Origin: Takakia lepidozioides
Lineage: Eukaryota > Plantae > Bryophyta
NCBI GenBank assembly: GCA_030704615.1
Contig: CM060734.1
Span: 17,608,001-17,672,000, forward strand
Length of the DNA stretch: 64,000 bases
Reading direction: 5' to 3'
Under the pieces are notes generated by a model. That model was not told where the DNA came from, did no database searches, and saw nothing but the letters and a program-made list of their open reading frames with translations. Of the stretch, positions 52,201 through 63,790 are shown piece by piece. Numbering within the stretch: position 1 is the stretch's first letter; every line of letters begins with the position of its first letter. The translations under genes were made by a program, and so were the position numbers.

Positions 52201-53104
52201 GATCTCGTATTACACTGGGACGTATCAGAGGGTGTACATTGAACACACTGGCCAAGGTTTGAAAGCGAACGAAAATCATTTGGATGGGCAACCATCCGTT
52301 GGCCCATTGAACGAATTTCGATTGATCTCATATTACTCTGGGGCCTCTTACATGGCACATTGAACATAGTGGCCAAGTCTCAAAGCGAACCAAAATCATT
52401 TCGATGGCCAACCATCCGTTGAGCCATCGAATGAATTTTTGATTGATTTGATATTAGTCCAGGACCTGTGAGAGGGTGTCTGGAACGTGCTGGCAAAGTT
52501 TGGAAGCTAACAAAAATGATTTGGATGGGCAACCATCCGTTCACCCCGTTGAATGTATTTTGTTGGAGCTGCTATTGCTTTGGGACATGTTGGACTGTGT
52601 TTCGCGTGCTCACGATTTGTTTTTCATTCCGTTTTTGAATGGGGCGTGTGATGTAGCCATATGCAATGTGCGTGCCAAATTTGGGAGCGATCAAAATTCA
52701 GTTGGACCCAAAACCACAGTTTCTTCCCTGTTTTGCACTCCAAACTTGATTTGGCATTCTACTTCATGGGCTCTTCATAGAGAGTTTTGCAATAGTGAGC
52801 GAAAGAGAACACCTTTTTTGGGGGGGCATTTTTGATTGGTCCAAATTTTGGCGGGGGAGTAGCCGTGGGATGCTGGAAGCCGCAGAACAAAATTGAGCCA
52901 AAAACAAAATCGATACGTGCCAGAAACCCCCACTGAAAGGCAGTGCAAACCTATTTATTGGCTTAAAATAGATTTAAATTCAATTAAAAATGTGGAATGG
53001 CTTGAGGGGGGAGCGCGTCGATGGGGAGGCAAATGATTTATTCGTCTGTTGTGTCTCCGCACACGTGTTCAAGCACGTGCGGGCAAAAGAGGGGCTTCAA
53101 CCAC
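49218..53104 (+). repeat. Tandem satellite, variant B (about 1005 bp), about 4 units
   Basis: Same monomer with diagnostic changes (GGGTGTACATTG, GGCACATTGAACATAG, short deletions); period 1004-1005. Confidence 0.95.
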
Positions 53105-55430
53105 CTGTGCTGATTAACCCTCATTGGCATGGAGTATTTCATGTACACTGTGATGCCTCAGGAGAAGCATTGGGAGCTGTGTTAGCTGAAAATGTCACAG
53201 GAAACATAGATTCACATGTGTACTATGCTAGCAGATTGTTGAACAATGCGGAGAGGAACTATAGCACTACTGAAAGAGAAGCTTTGGCAATGATTTATGG
53301 AGTCATGAAATTCAGGCATTACCTATTGGGAAGGAAGTTTATGTTTTATGTGGATCATCAAGCTTTGATTTATCTGGTGAACAAGCCTTTGATAAGTGGT
53401 AGGATAGCAAGATGGATGATAATCTTGCACGAGTTTGAGTTCGAAGTTGTTTACAAGCCTGGCCGTTTGCATCTTGTGGCAGGTCACTTGTCACGGCTAT
53501 CAACAGGAGAGGCCGCCACGGGAGTAGACGACCAACTGCCTGATGCGAGTTTATTTGCAGTGGAGGTGCAGGGAAGTGCAGATGATTGGTTAGATTGGCA
53601 GTGGCCAATCAGATACTACCTTACTCATGGTCAGTGCCCACCCAGTTATGGGAAGGAGCAAAGGAAAAGAATAGCTATCAAGGCTTTACCATCACTATGA
53701 TAGGGGGGAGATTGTATAAGCTAGGACCTAATGGAGTTCTTAAACGATGCTTGTACCACCATGAAGTAAATAAAGTTTTGGAAGAAGTTCATAAAGGAGT
53801 GGTTGGGGGTCATTTTGGAGAGGAGACTACCAGTAGAAAAATACTACTTGCAGGTTACTGGTGGCCTACTTTGTTCAAGGATGTACACAAGTATTGCAAG
53901 GGTTGTGATGCGTGTCAGAGGCTAGGACCTTTGCAAAGATCTTGGAAGATGGCTTTGCATTCTACGATGCCTACTGAACCATTTCAGAAATGGGGACTAG
54001 ACTTTGTTGGACCAATTAACCCACCAGCCAGGAATACACGGAACAAGTATATAATCACAGCCACTGATTATACTACAAAGTGGGTGGAAGCTAAGGCTCT
54101 CAGGGACAACACAGCTAAGTCCACAGCAAGATTCCTATATGAGAACATACTCACAAGATTTGGCTGTCCCCTAGAATTTATCAGTGACCAGGGAAGTCAT
54201 TTCATTAATGGAACCATAGAACTATTGACTAAAGAGTTCATGATTGTGCACAGGAAGAGTACAACCTATTACCCACAGGGCAATGGGCAGGTAGAGGCCA
54301 CCAACAAAATACTATGCACTATCTTGGCTAAGATAGTCAATGCAAACAGAATAGACTGGGATACGAAGTTGTTGACAGCTTTGTGGTCATACAAGACTTC
54401 ATATAAAAGTCACCACTAAGTATACACCATTCCAATTAGTTTATGGTATGGAAGCTTTACTTCGAGTGGAATTCTTATTACCTACCATGAGAACTGAATG
54501 GGGAAGGAGAATGGAATTGGAGGATTCAATTAAAGTAAGAAAACATGAATTATACCATGTGGAAGAAGTACGTGCTGATGCAGCAGATAACATGACCAGA
54601 ATTCAGATGAAGAGGAAGGATCAGTTTGATGAAGGTAAATTGAAGTTTTTTAAGACGGGTGATTTGGTACTGTGGTTGCAGAAGAAGGGAAAGATTAAAG
54701 CTTCTAAGCTTAAGTCACCATGGAAAGGGCCTTATGTCATACAGAAGATGTATGATAACAATACAGCCATGTTACAAACCATTAACAAAGAGATGCTTGG
54801 TAGAGTCAATGCCAGTAAGTTGAAGGGATATAGTGGTATCCATGATAAACCATTGCAACATGATCTGCATCTTGAAACACAGATGCAGACACAGATTACA
54901 CCGGTAACACCAATGGAGCATGAAGCACTTGTCGTAAAGCCGAATGTGTATGGTCATAGCAGAGAACACGGGTGTACACACAGATATCACAGCCCACCAC
55001 AGTTTAACACAACATACCACAGCTCACCACAGCTTGACACAGCCTGTCACAGCCCAACACAGCCCACACAGGTTGCACAGTCCATAGGGTCAGTGACAGG
55101 TGGACGCGGGTTAACGTCAGGGAAGTGGCCGGTGAGTGTAAAGGCAGTTTGGAAGTCAAACTCGGAGAATGTGCCACGCGGACAGAGGGAGACGGGAGAG
55201 TGTTTGAAATCAAACACGTGGCCTAAGGGGCAAAGCGCTCCGCATTGCATGTACTGCAATAGCGGGCACCATCATGCAAGAAGACAAACAGGGCCGTCAA
55301 AGTACCTACCCGGTACGTCAGCCGAAACTAATTACGGGCCCATTAATGCATCCAGAGGGCAGGTAACGGAACCCTTTATGTGTCCGACAAAGGGGGTTGA
55401 GTTCTGCCAAAAATGGCCTTTGGAGTGCAA
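53105..55430 (+). mobile_element. pol: Ty3/gypsy pol fragment: RNase H plus integrase (HHCC, DDE, GPY/F), frameshifted, without LTRs
   Basis: FHVHCDASGEALGAVL...NYSTTEREALA...YVDHQAL; HKGVVGGHFG..WWPTLFKDV..CDAC; WGLDFVG, SDQGSHF, GQVEATN; WKGPY. Confidence 0.93.
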
Positions 55431-55444
55431 TCTATTTTGGGCTT

Positions 55445-56369
55445 CATTTTTGTTAGCTTCCAAACTTTGCCAGCACGTTCCAGACACCCTCTCACAGGTC
55501 CCGGACTAATATCAGATCAATCGAAAATTCATTCGATGGCTCAACGGATGGTTGGCCCATCCAAATGATTTTCGTTCGCTTTCAAACCTTGGCCAGTGTG
55601 TTCAATGTACCCTCTGATACGTCCCAGTGTAATACGAGACCAATCGAAAATCGTTCCATTGTCCAATGAGGCGTTCACTTGTCATCTGGTTTTTGTTCAA
55701 TGCGAAAAAAGAAATCCTGCAATGCGTGCACGGCTATTGCACCCATTGAACGGTTGTGGTTGAAGCCCCTCTTTTGCCCGCACGTGCTTGAACATGTGCG
55801 CGACACATGTGCGGAGACACAACAAACGAATAAATCATTTGCCTCCCCATCGACGCGCTCCCCCCTCAAGCCATTCCACAATTTAATTGAATTTAAATTT
55901 ATTTTAAGCCAATAAATATTTTTGCACTGCCTTTCAGTGGGGGTTTCTGGCACGTATCGATTTTGTTTTTGGCTCAATTTTGTTCTGCGGCTTCCAGCAT
56001 CCCACGGCTACTCCCCTGCCAAAATTTGGACCAATCAAAAATGCCCCCCCCCCAAAAAAAAGGTGTTATCTTTCGCTCACTATTGCAGAACTCTCTATGA
56101 AGAGTGCATGAAGTAGAACACAAATCAAGTTTGGAGTGCAAAACAGGGAAGAAACTGTGGTTTTGGGTCCAAATGAATTTTGATCGCTCCCAAATTTGGC
56201 ACGCACATTGCATATGGCTACATTACACGCCCCATTCAAAAACGGGATGAAAAAAAAATCGTGAGCACGCGAAACACAGTCCAACAGGTCCCAAAGCAAT
56301 AGCAGCTCCAACATAATACATTCAACGGGTGAACGGATGGTTGCCCATCCAAATCATTTTTGTTAGCTT
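55445..56369 (-). repeat. One inverted satellite monomer (partly deleted)
   Basis: Reverse complement of the 1-kb satellite. Confidence 0.92.
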
Positions 56370-56836
56370 TGTCAAGTTAAATAAGCACAGTGTGAAAACA
56401 TCTAGAATAAAACTAGTTATTTGTATTTAACACTTGGATTTAGGTCAAGTGTTAAATCAGGTGTCAAGTTTAGTTTGACACCTGGTCCGTCTTATCTTCA
56501 CGAGAGCGGCCGTCGCGCGGCTCATCTCTCTCGAGTTGAGCCTGCGAGACCGAGCTCCTGCATCGTTTAGGACTGAGTGTGCTCATGATGGGAGTGTAGG
56601 TTGTTGTGGGGTGGAGTCCCCACAGCTTGGGGTGCCCCTGGCTCGACTACTATTTCTAAGAGTGATGGTTTGGTTTTCATGTTTTGTGTCAACAGTGAGT
56701 TCGTTGGTTGTTTATCACTCGAGAGAGATGATCTCTTACCTGTGAGTGCAAGGTAGGAGTTGAGGGTTAGCACTTGCAAGATTACCTGTGTGTAAGTAGT
56801 GCTTAGTTTGAGAAGCATATCATTGAATGTGATCAC
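56370..56836 (+). mobile_element. Possible solo or partial LTR
   Basis: TGTCAAG...GATCACA termini, non-coding, abuts the satellite. No TSD or second copy visible. Confidence 0.3.
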
Positions 56837-57100
56837 AAGATTCAGCGTGCCCTGAAACGCCTGGAGGATGACGATGCCGGAGCCGCCACTGTTATTGCAG
56901 TCGCTAAAGCTACCAAGTCACCAGAGGCTTTGGAGTACACGAGGAGAGACTTAAAAATGCAGCAGCAAATGCTAGTTGGCACCTATGCGTGATCCTTGAA
57001 GCTGGATGATTGTTTCCCCAGTAAGCTTATAGAGAAGCTCTACCATGCAGCATGGAGCAGCGCTGGCAAGCGGTGAACGCTGATACCTGCACTCTTGCAG

Positions 57101-57204
57101 TCTTGGAGTCCAAGCTAGGACACGGGGAATATGACCGGTCAACAACCAAGGTGCTGCATTTGATCAACAATCCTGAAGCGGAGGGAGCCCAGGCCACGGA
57201 CTAG
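57101..57204 (+). pseudogene. MAD1: Isolated exon fragment of spindle-checkpoint protein MAD1
   Basis: After acceptor TTGCAG it reads LESKLGHGEYDRSTTKVLHLINNPEAEG, resembling plant LESKLGHG and the MAD2-binding KVLH segment. Confidence 0.7.
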
Positions 57205-57682
57205 CTCGTCTCGTCTTACCCTGGGAGTGCAAAGGATGAATAGGTGAAGATTCTTTGGCAGATCAGAGCAGGGCGGAGCTCGTTGCGTTGACTGGCTAGC
57301 CGTTATATGGTCGACAGTCGCTTAAGCTGCAGGGTTACGTTGCCGGGTGATCGATATTGTTTCCAGGTCTTCATTTGGTGAGCATGCCGGGAGCGTGGAG
57401 GTGTGAGGAGTGGCAGGGCTTTCATCAGTTGCATCTTTCTTAGCTGCTGTGTGTTTCACTAGTTGAACATCTTCGAAGCTGAATTACGGCTTAATTGGAA
57501 ACCCGTACCCTGCTACTTCTGCCTATCGAGGTTATGGTGGGGGTGGATCAGGGGGGCAGGTGTTCCAGCTCCAGTTGTGTGCATATGTAACCTACCTCCC
57601 CGTAATCTCTTTTAGTTCTCCTCTAGAAGAGGTTACTTACTTGGACTGACAGGACCTGGATCAGTCTGGAAGAAAGTTTGAC

Positions 57683-57898
57683 CTGCGAATAACGTCCGTC
57701 CTTGTGATCCTTCTTCCTGTTCAAGAACCAGTCAGGTATCTTGAACTGCCGGGGATTTGCGACAATCACCATCAAGTTCTCCAGCTCCGCACCCGACAGC
57801 TCACCAGCTCTCTTGCTGGTGTCGACGTCCGCCTTCTTGCAGACCAGGTTAGCGAAACGGCGCCCCACTCCCTTGATGGAGGTCAAAGCGAACATGAT
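57683..57898 (-). pseudogene. RPS18: Isolated exon fragment of 40S ribosomal protein S18 (uS13)
   Basis: [67 protein letters not shown] ends at a CAG|GT donor. No flanking exons recognised. Confidence 0.9.
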
Positions 57899-58622
57899 CG
57901 CTACCTGAATTGAGATAGTGCCTTGCCCTATCGGAGTATGCAGACCTATGCTCCAAGCTTCAACTAAATGACGAAGCTGATCTGGTTACTCTCTACTCTG
58001 TGGATAGTCCAACACAGTTGCCTTTGTCAATAAGCTCCTTCACCACTTCCACATTTGACACTAGGTCCGAAGATTGTCTGAAGAGAGAGCAAGTGCAGAT
58101 GGCAGCTGCCCACCAGGTTCTGACAGAGTATCATCAGGGCTTGTCCCTGCATTAGGGATGGCTCGAGTGCTTGCATCACGGGAAACAGATGCCTGACGCT
58201 GCACAGGCCATCACCATCGCCATAGCCATACACCCGAGCTCGAGAGTCGTCGCTGGAGCAAAGCAGCTCACTAAGCGAGCAAGTCTGTGGTGCACCTGTA
58301 ACCACAAATGAAACCTGGGAACGGTTCTTAATGGCGGGAACTTTTTGGTGTTAAAAAAAAAAAAAAACTTTGATATAATTGAAATGATTTAGAGCCTGGT
58401 TGGTCATAACTTTGTCAAATGGACTCCGTTTGACTCAGTTTTTGGGTGGATAGCTGCAGAAAGGGGAAATCTACATATCTACACATGGTTTTTTGTTTTG
58501 GGGACTCTGCTAAAAATCTGTGGAATTTTTAGAGTGTGAGTGTGCTATAAAAGATCCACAATTCTGTGTCCAGAATCTGTTGTGGTCTACATGAGACATA
58601 AATCTGTGGATGTACTCCTTGC

Positions 58623-59372
58623 ATGGCTGGGGGAAATGAGGACGTAATTGAAGGGCAGGTCTCTTCTCTTAGCCTGTGCACACAAGGGGACAGGATTTAT
58701 GTTTCCCAAGGAACTCAGACTGATTTGAGTGGAGAACAGTTGGATGAGTTGATTGCATACTGGGAGTCAGGCATTAGCAGTAGACAACAGACTGCTGTAG
58801 TTGGCATTGAGGGCCTCAATATCGCCTTGGACAGTCAGAACTCTGTTGGAGCCAGCAGTTCTGCAGCTGTAGGTGAAATACCAAAGTGGGTGAAAGCTAG
58901 GCTTGGAACACAGCCAAAGACAGCCCCGGGGACCAAGGTGTTCAGCCACAAGGCCGTGGTGTACTGGAGCAGAGGAGCAGGAGCTACACAAGTTTGTGCA
59001 ATCAGACACGGTTGCAGCCAGATATACTGTGCACAGGGCAACCACGAGCGGGGGTTCATCAGCAATGACATGTTTGTTGTGCGTGAAGGAGATGCAGTCA
59101 TTCGCAATGAGGACACCCGCAACCGTCTCAAAGCTTTCGAGTTGAGAGACTATCAGACCCTACCTTTGTTTTCTTTAGTGTTCAGTGAGCGGGAGATAGG
59201 GGAGTATTGCTTTGTCGCTACCTGGCAGAAAGAGGAGGAGGGTTGGTTAGAGCGAGCTACTGTAGCTTGGGACAAGGTTAGTGGCAGGTTTTTGGACATA
59301 GATATACCTCCTACACCTTACCATCAAGCAAAGCGAGGCACTTTGAGAGAAGTCTGGAAGTTGATAGCATAG
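58623..59372 (+). CDS. Intact 249-aa ORF of unknown function, upstream of gag of the DNMT-carrying retroelement
   Basis: ATG-started uninterrupted ORF with globular composition, same strand as gag and about 500 bp before it. Confidence 0.5.
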   Translation: MAGGNEDVIEGQVSSLSLCTQGDRIYVSQGTQTDLSGEQLDELIAYWESGISSRQQTAVVGIEGLNIALDSQNSVGASSSAAVGEIPKWVKARLGTQPKTAPGTKVFSHKAVVYWSRGAGATQVCAIRHGCSQIYCAQGNHERGFISNDMFVVREGDAVIRNEDTRNRLKAFELRDYQTLPLFSLVFSEREIGEYCFVATWQKEEEGWLERATVAWDKVSGRFLDIDIPPTPYHQAKRGTLREVWKLIA

Positions 59373-59891
59373 ATCAGGATTAGATCTTGCTTGGGCGGGC
59401 TTCTATTCTTCCCCTCCATCTCTGTACTATTTTCATTACCTTGTACTTGTAGTTGCCAAAGCCTCTCTTGGTGGAGGCCAGTCAGTCCGGGGTTTTGGGC
59501 TGGGATATTCTGCAGGATCAGCGTTGCTGCTGGATTTTGGTGTGGGGGTGTTGATGTTTTGATTTCTTGTGTTTGGATCCCCCCCAACACCTGCATGCTT
59601 GACTGTGCGCCATGTTGGTTTTGTGCGGGCGCTTGCTTTCATAGGGATTAGGGCGGATTTGATCACCGGTCAATCCTAGAGTATGCTGTCGGTGGTGAGG
59701 CTGGAGTGATGATCAGCAAGACCACCAGTGTTTCTTCTATGGTGAGGCTGGGTTGATGACCAGCCAACCATAGGAGTTCTTGCGGTGGATGCAGTTGCAG
59801 GTGCCCTGAGCCATTGGGATATGACCCTTAAACTGCAACAGGTGCCCACCCGTGTCACTATTAGATTAGTACTAGAGCCTTATAGTGTCAC

Positions 59892-61400
59892 GTGGAGGAG
59901 GTGCACATTGTGAGTGTCATTACGGAGTTACCCAAGGGTTTTGAGGGGAGTACGGCTACAGGCAGTAACAGTGAGAGTGGGTTCACAAGACGAGGTATTC
60001 GGTTCAGACCACCTTCACCGCCACCCTCAATTACTGTAGAGTCAGACACAGACTCGGAGGCGTGCACTTTCATTCGCCATTGTTGTGGGACGACATGGAG
60101 GAGATGTATGGAGCTACCAAGGGGCCTCGTAGGTACTCTGGAGCTGTGGGCACAATCGAGTTGGATGACTTTATTCAAGAGTTCGACAGCTGGTGTGATT
60201 TGCAGCAGATGCGCAATCCACAGCTATTCACCCCATTCATGGCGTGGAAGGGACTGTTCCAGCATTTGGAAGGCCCGCCTATGGATGATTACCACGAGTT
60301 CAGGCGAGGACATGAAGCAGAGATTGAGGAGTGGAGGATGTATTGGTCACCTGACTACGTCTCCATTACTCGAGGCACGACGCGACCAGTAGCTGCATCA
60401 GTACCAATAGCTCCCACTGCCAGCACCAGTAGTGGAGCAAGTAGTGCTGGTACTTCTGTAGGTGGTACCAGTTCAAAAGGTGCTACTACTCCTCCTGCCA
60501 CGACTACAACGCATGTGCCTAGATTCAACCCGGTGGTGGAGTTTTTCCAGGAGTTGCGGAGGAACTACCAAGGTATACGGACAGAGAAGCTGCGAAGTTT
60601 GCAAGACTTCCAGCGCAAACCCAGTGAGAGCCTGCGAGAGGCGTACACTCGTATGAGGCGCTTGATAAGTGTGACCCAAGGGGTTACTGAAGCTCAGGCA
60701 ATCCAGTTTTGGTATAGAATTCTGGACAAGGAGCTCAAGAGAAGGGTGCGAGATGCAACCCTGTTACAAGCAGCCTAACCCACATTAGCAGATGTGTTTC
60801 TGCTGGCTGAGCGGATTGAGCTCAACATGGTGGAGGAGCGAGTTGTTACAATTGGATTTGGCAAGGACATGCCTGCACGGGGCACAGCTGTCAGCTCACA
60901 GGCATAAGGGACTGCCCAACAGCGTGGTCAGGGGGGCAAGGTTGCCCAGCCCAAGTTCCATGGAGCTTACAGGGGATCTCAGGTGCAGAGGCCCGTGGCG
61001 TCTTTTGTAGGCCAACAGCAACCGGGGGTGATATGTTGGACATGTGGAGGACCCCATATCAAGAGAGATTGCCCAGAGAGTGGCAGAAGGCCAACACAAG
61101 CACAGCCTGCACAGTTGTAGTGTGGGCATTGTGGCAAGTATGGGCATGGAGATGCCCAGTGTTATGACTTGCATCCTGAGTTGCGCCCAGGCCATTTCCA
61201 AGGGAACAATGGTGGCCGGGGGCGAGGTGGACCAACCCAGAGAGGACGAGGTGGTCGGGCACGAGGTGCAGGCCAAGGGCAAGCTCAACATGGCCAAGGA
61301 CGCGGAGGTCAGGGTGTTGACCAAGGCATGGCCAATCGGCTTCAGCAGCTAGAGCAGAGGCTCGCTGCCATGGCTATAGCTCAGGCGGTACCGGCTCCCA
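59892..61400 (+). pseudogene. gag: gag with two zinc knuckles
   Basis: LDDFIQEFDSWC...FQRKPSESLREAYTRMRRL; CWTCGGPHIKRDC and CGHCGKYGHGDAQC; in-frame stops at about 60778 and 60907. Confidence 0.8.
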
Positions 61401-62094
61401 GGCGGGATGGTCCACCTCCTGCTCCTGAGGGAGGAGATATGGGAGGCATGGGATCCATGTGCGGAGCAGCACTACCACTAGAGCAGGTGGAGTCTGCTGC
61501 AGCCGTGACTCGAGAAGCAGCACGAGTTCCTGAGCCACGAGGTGCAGAGGTGGAGTTGGATCCACAACGTGGGGAGGCAAGCCGTCAGGCAAGGCTGCCT
61601 CAGTCCTTGGCGGAGACAGTGTCAACGCCATCCATGGCACCTAGTTCTCGCCCGACTGTTACCAAGGCGGAGGTTTCTATGTCATTGGGGAGAGCTACAC
61701 GTGCAGCACTGACACCTGCTACCAAGGCTAGTGCAGCCGGTGTGTTATTGGGGGCAGCCACCTCTGTGTGTCAAGCCCCACTGTTCTCGGCAACCATGAT
61801 TGCGACGCCGGGGGTAAGACCAGCTGCAGTGTTCAGACTAGCAGCAACACTCTGCGAGAGTGGGGAGGTCACTTTATCTTCTGCGGAGTTAGTGGAAGGT
61901 GTAGTGGCAGAGGGATCCTCGGATTTGAGGGTCAAGACTGCCACGGCTGCGCCCTGGCAAGCTGCAGCTGCCAGGTTGACGGAGCTGCCAGCTAGGCCAG
62001 CCTTTGAGCGCGCCATGGTGACACCTGGAGTTGTCTTGTTAGACAACCAGGATGGCATTTTCTCTTTGAGTGGACCGGCAGGCAAGAAGTACCG

Positions 62095-62400
62095 GCCACT
62101 GCGGGTCTTGTTGGACTCAGGAGCTCAGCCACTGATGTTGGGCAGAGCTGCTATTGCAGGTTTGGGCCTCATGGAGGCGGATATGGAGCCTTGTCCTTTC
62201 CAGATACAGACATCTCTGGGAGGATCAGAGCAGCTCGGGGCATGACACGGCATCAGTTGGCCATTAGACTGCAGCCGGATCATCCTATCGATGGCTCAGT
62301 AATGCGAGCCAAGGCCATTGTGACAGACGCGGTCTCTTACGATGTCCTCGTTGGTGGGGCAGTGTTATACCCCATGGGCTTCACCCTGGACTTCTGGGAG
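62095..62400 (+). pseudogene. Retropepsin-like aspartic protease
   Basis: RVLLDSGAQPLML...YDVLVGGAVL; frameshift at about 62235. Confidence 0.8.
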
Positions 62401-62827
62401 GAGTCAGCATTCTACAGGCCTGGATGGCAGTCAGGGGATGGTCGCCGTGCACAGCTCCCTGTGACATTCATTGGGGGTATTGCAGCTGCCCAGCGGGGCA
62501 AGATGCCAACACTAGCCTGCCTTCACAGCTGCAGTTAGTTGGCCTGGAGAGTTGCTGGAAGGCAATGCCCATGCAGAGGATGTGCCACCTCCAGCAGAGC
62601 AGGATGACATGCATGGTACGGTGGAGTTGCCTGCCATGGTTGCTCACACTCCATTGTGGGGTACGAGCAAGGATTTGCAGCAAGCTGCTGATAGACGGGT
62701 GCAACAAGCTTGGGTAGAAGCTTTTGTACCGTCAGGAGAGGAGGAGAGTGCGGTGATTGCACCAGGGAAACCTCAGTTGTCGCCATTGGACACCACACCT
62801 CTTGTGTGGCAGCGGCCGGATGAAGGC

Positions 62828-63790
62828 ATATGCCTTCTGGACTTATTTGGCGGGATCAGCACTGGATTGGCTGCAGTGCTGCAGGCAGGTGTACGAGTTC
62901 GACGTTACCTGTATGTGGAGAGGGATGAGACTGCACGACGCGTCTCACTGCGCCATGTTGCTCAGATGCTGCAGCAGTACCCTGAGTTGTTGCCGGTGTC
63001 TGCAGTTCGTGGATATCAGCAGGCCTTGCCAGCAGACATTGCGTTGCTGGGGGCGCAGGATTTGGAGCGGGTTGGCTCCATTGATCTGGTAGTGGCAGGT
63101 TGGCCCTGCCAAGGGCATTCATCAGCCGGGCATGGCAATGGATTGCGAGACTCGAGGACGGGTCTGTTTTGGGAGATGGTGCGGATTTTGCGCCACTTGC
63201 AGCTTCATCAAGCTGTATCTCCAGCATACATCTTGGAGAATGTGCCACTGATGGGTGATTCTCGGGCCAGGGTGATGGCCAGTGTGCATCAAGTCCGGTC
63301 GTGGCTTGGGTCAGCAGTGCTGCTGGATGCAGCTGCAGTGGGATCACGGGCTCATCGTCCACGGCTATGGTGGACTAACTTGATGCCACCCGCACTGCTC
63401 AAGCGTGCATTTGATGGGGTGCAGCGGCCAGCACACCTCATAGTGGGAGCATTTTGGACACAGGGAGGCAGTCTCAACGTGTGAGACACGATGACCGTTC
63501 GCCTTTGGCAGTGGTCAACAGGGTGGGTCAACCACGAGCAGCATTACCTACACTGCTCAGCTTCCCAGGATCCCATGCTTTTCGGGATGGTGGACCTGGC
63601 CTCCTGTGGGATGCTCAGTTGCAGCAGTTAGTGGAGCCTAATGCCGACGAGCGAGAGCGGGCTATGGGGTTTTCCACTGGGACCACGGCGGTGCCTTCTC
63701 TTTCTGAGGCATCACGGCGTCAGGTGTTGGGGCAAGCAATGGATCTCAATTGCTTGACCTGGATTATCAGCTTGGCTATGGCTGAGCAAC
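62828..63790 (+). CDS. DNMT3-like C5-cytosine DNA methyltransferase domain (one frameshift at about 63447)
   Basis: Motif I LDLFGGISTG, II YVERD, IV DLVVAGWPCQGHS, VI YILENV, VIII AHRPRLWWTN, IX ERERAMGF and X RRQVLGQAM. Confidence 0.93.

Noticed and set aside
29105-56369. Many short repeated ORFs in the satellite; possible 5S rDNA or tRNA array
   Set aside because: ORFs shift frame between units and lack motifs. No 5S rRNA or tRNA sequence is recognisable in the monomer.
57623-57895. Functional RPS18 gene
   Set aside because: Only one internal exon is present; no N- or C-terminal exons are recognisable nearby.
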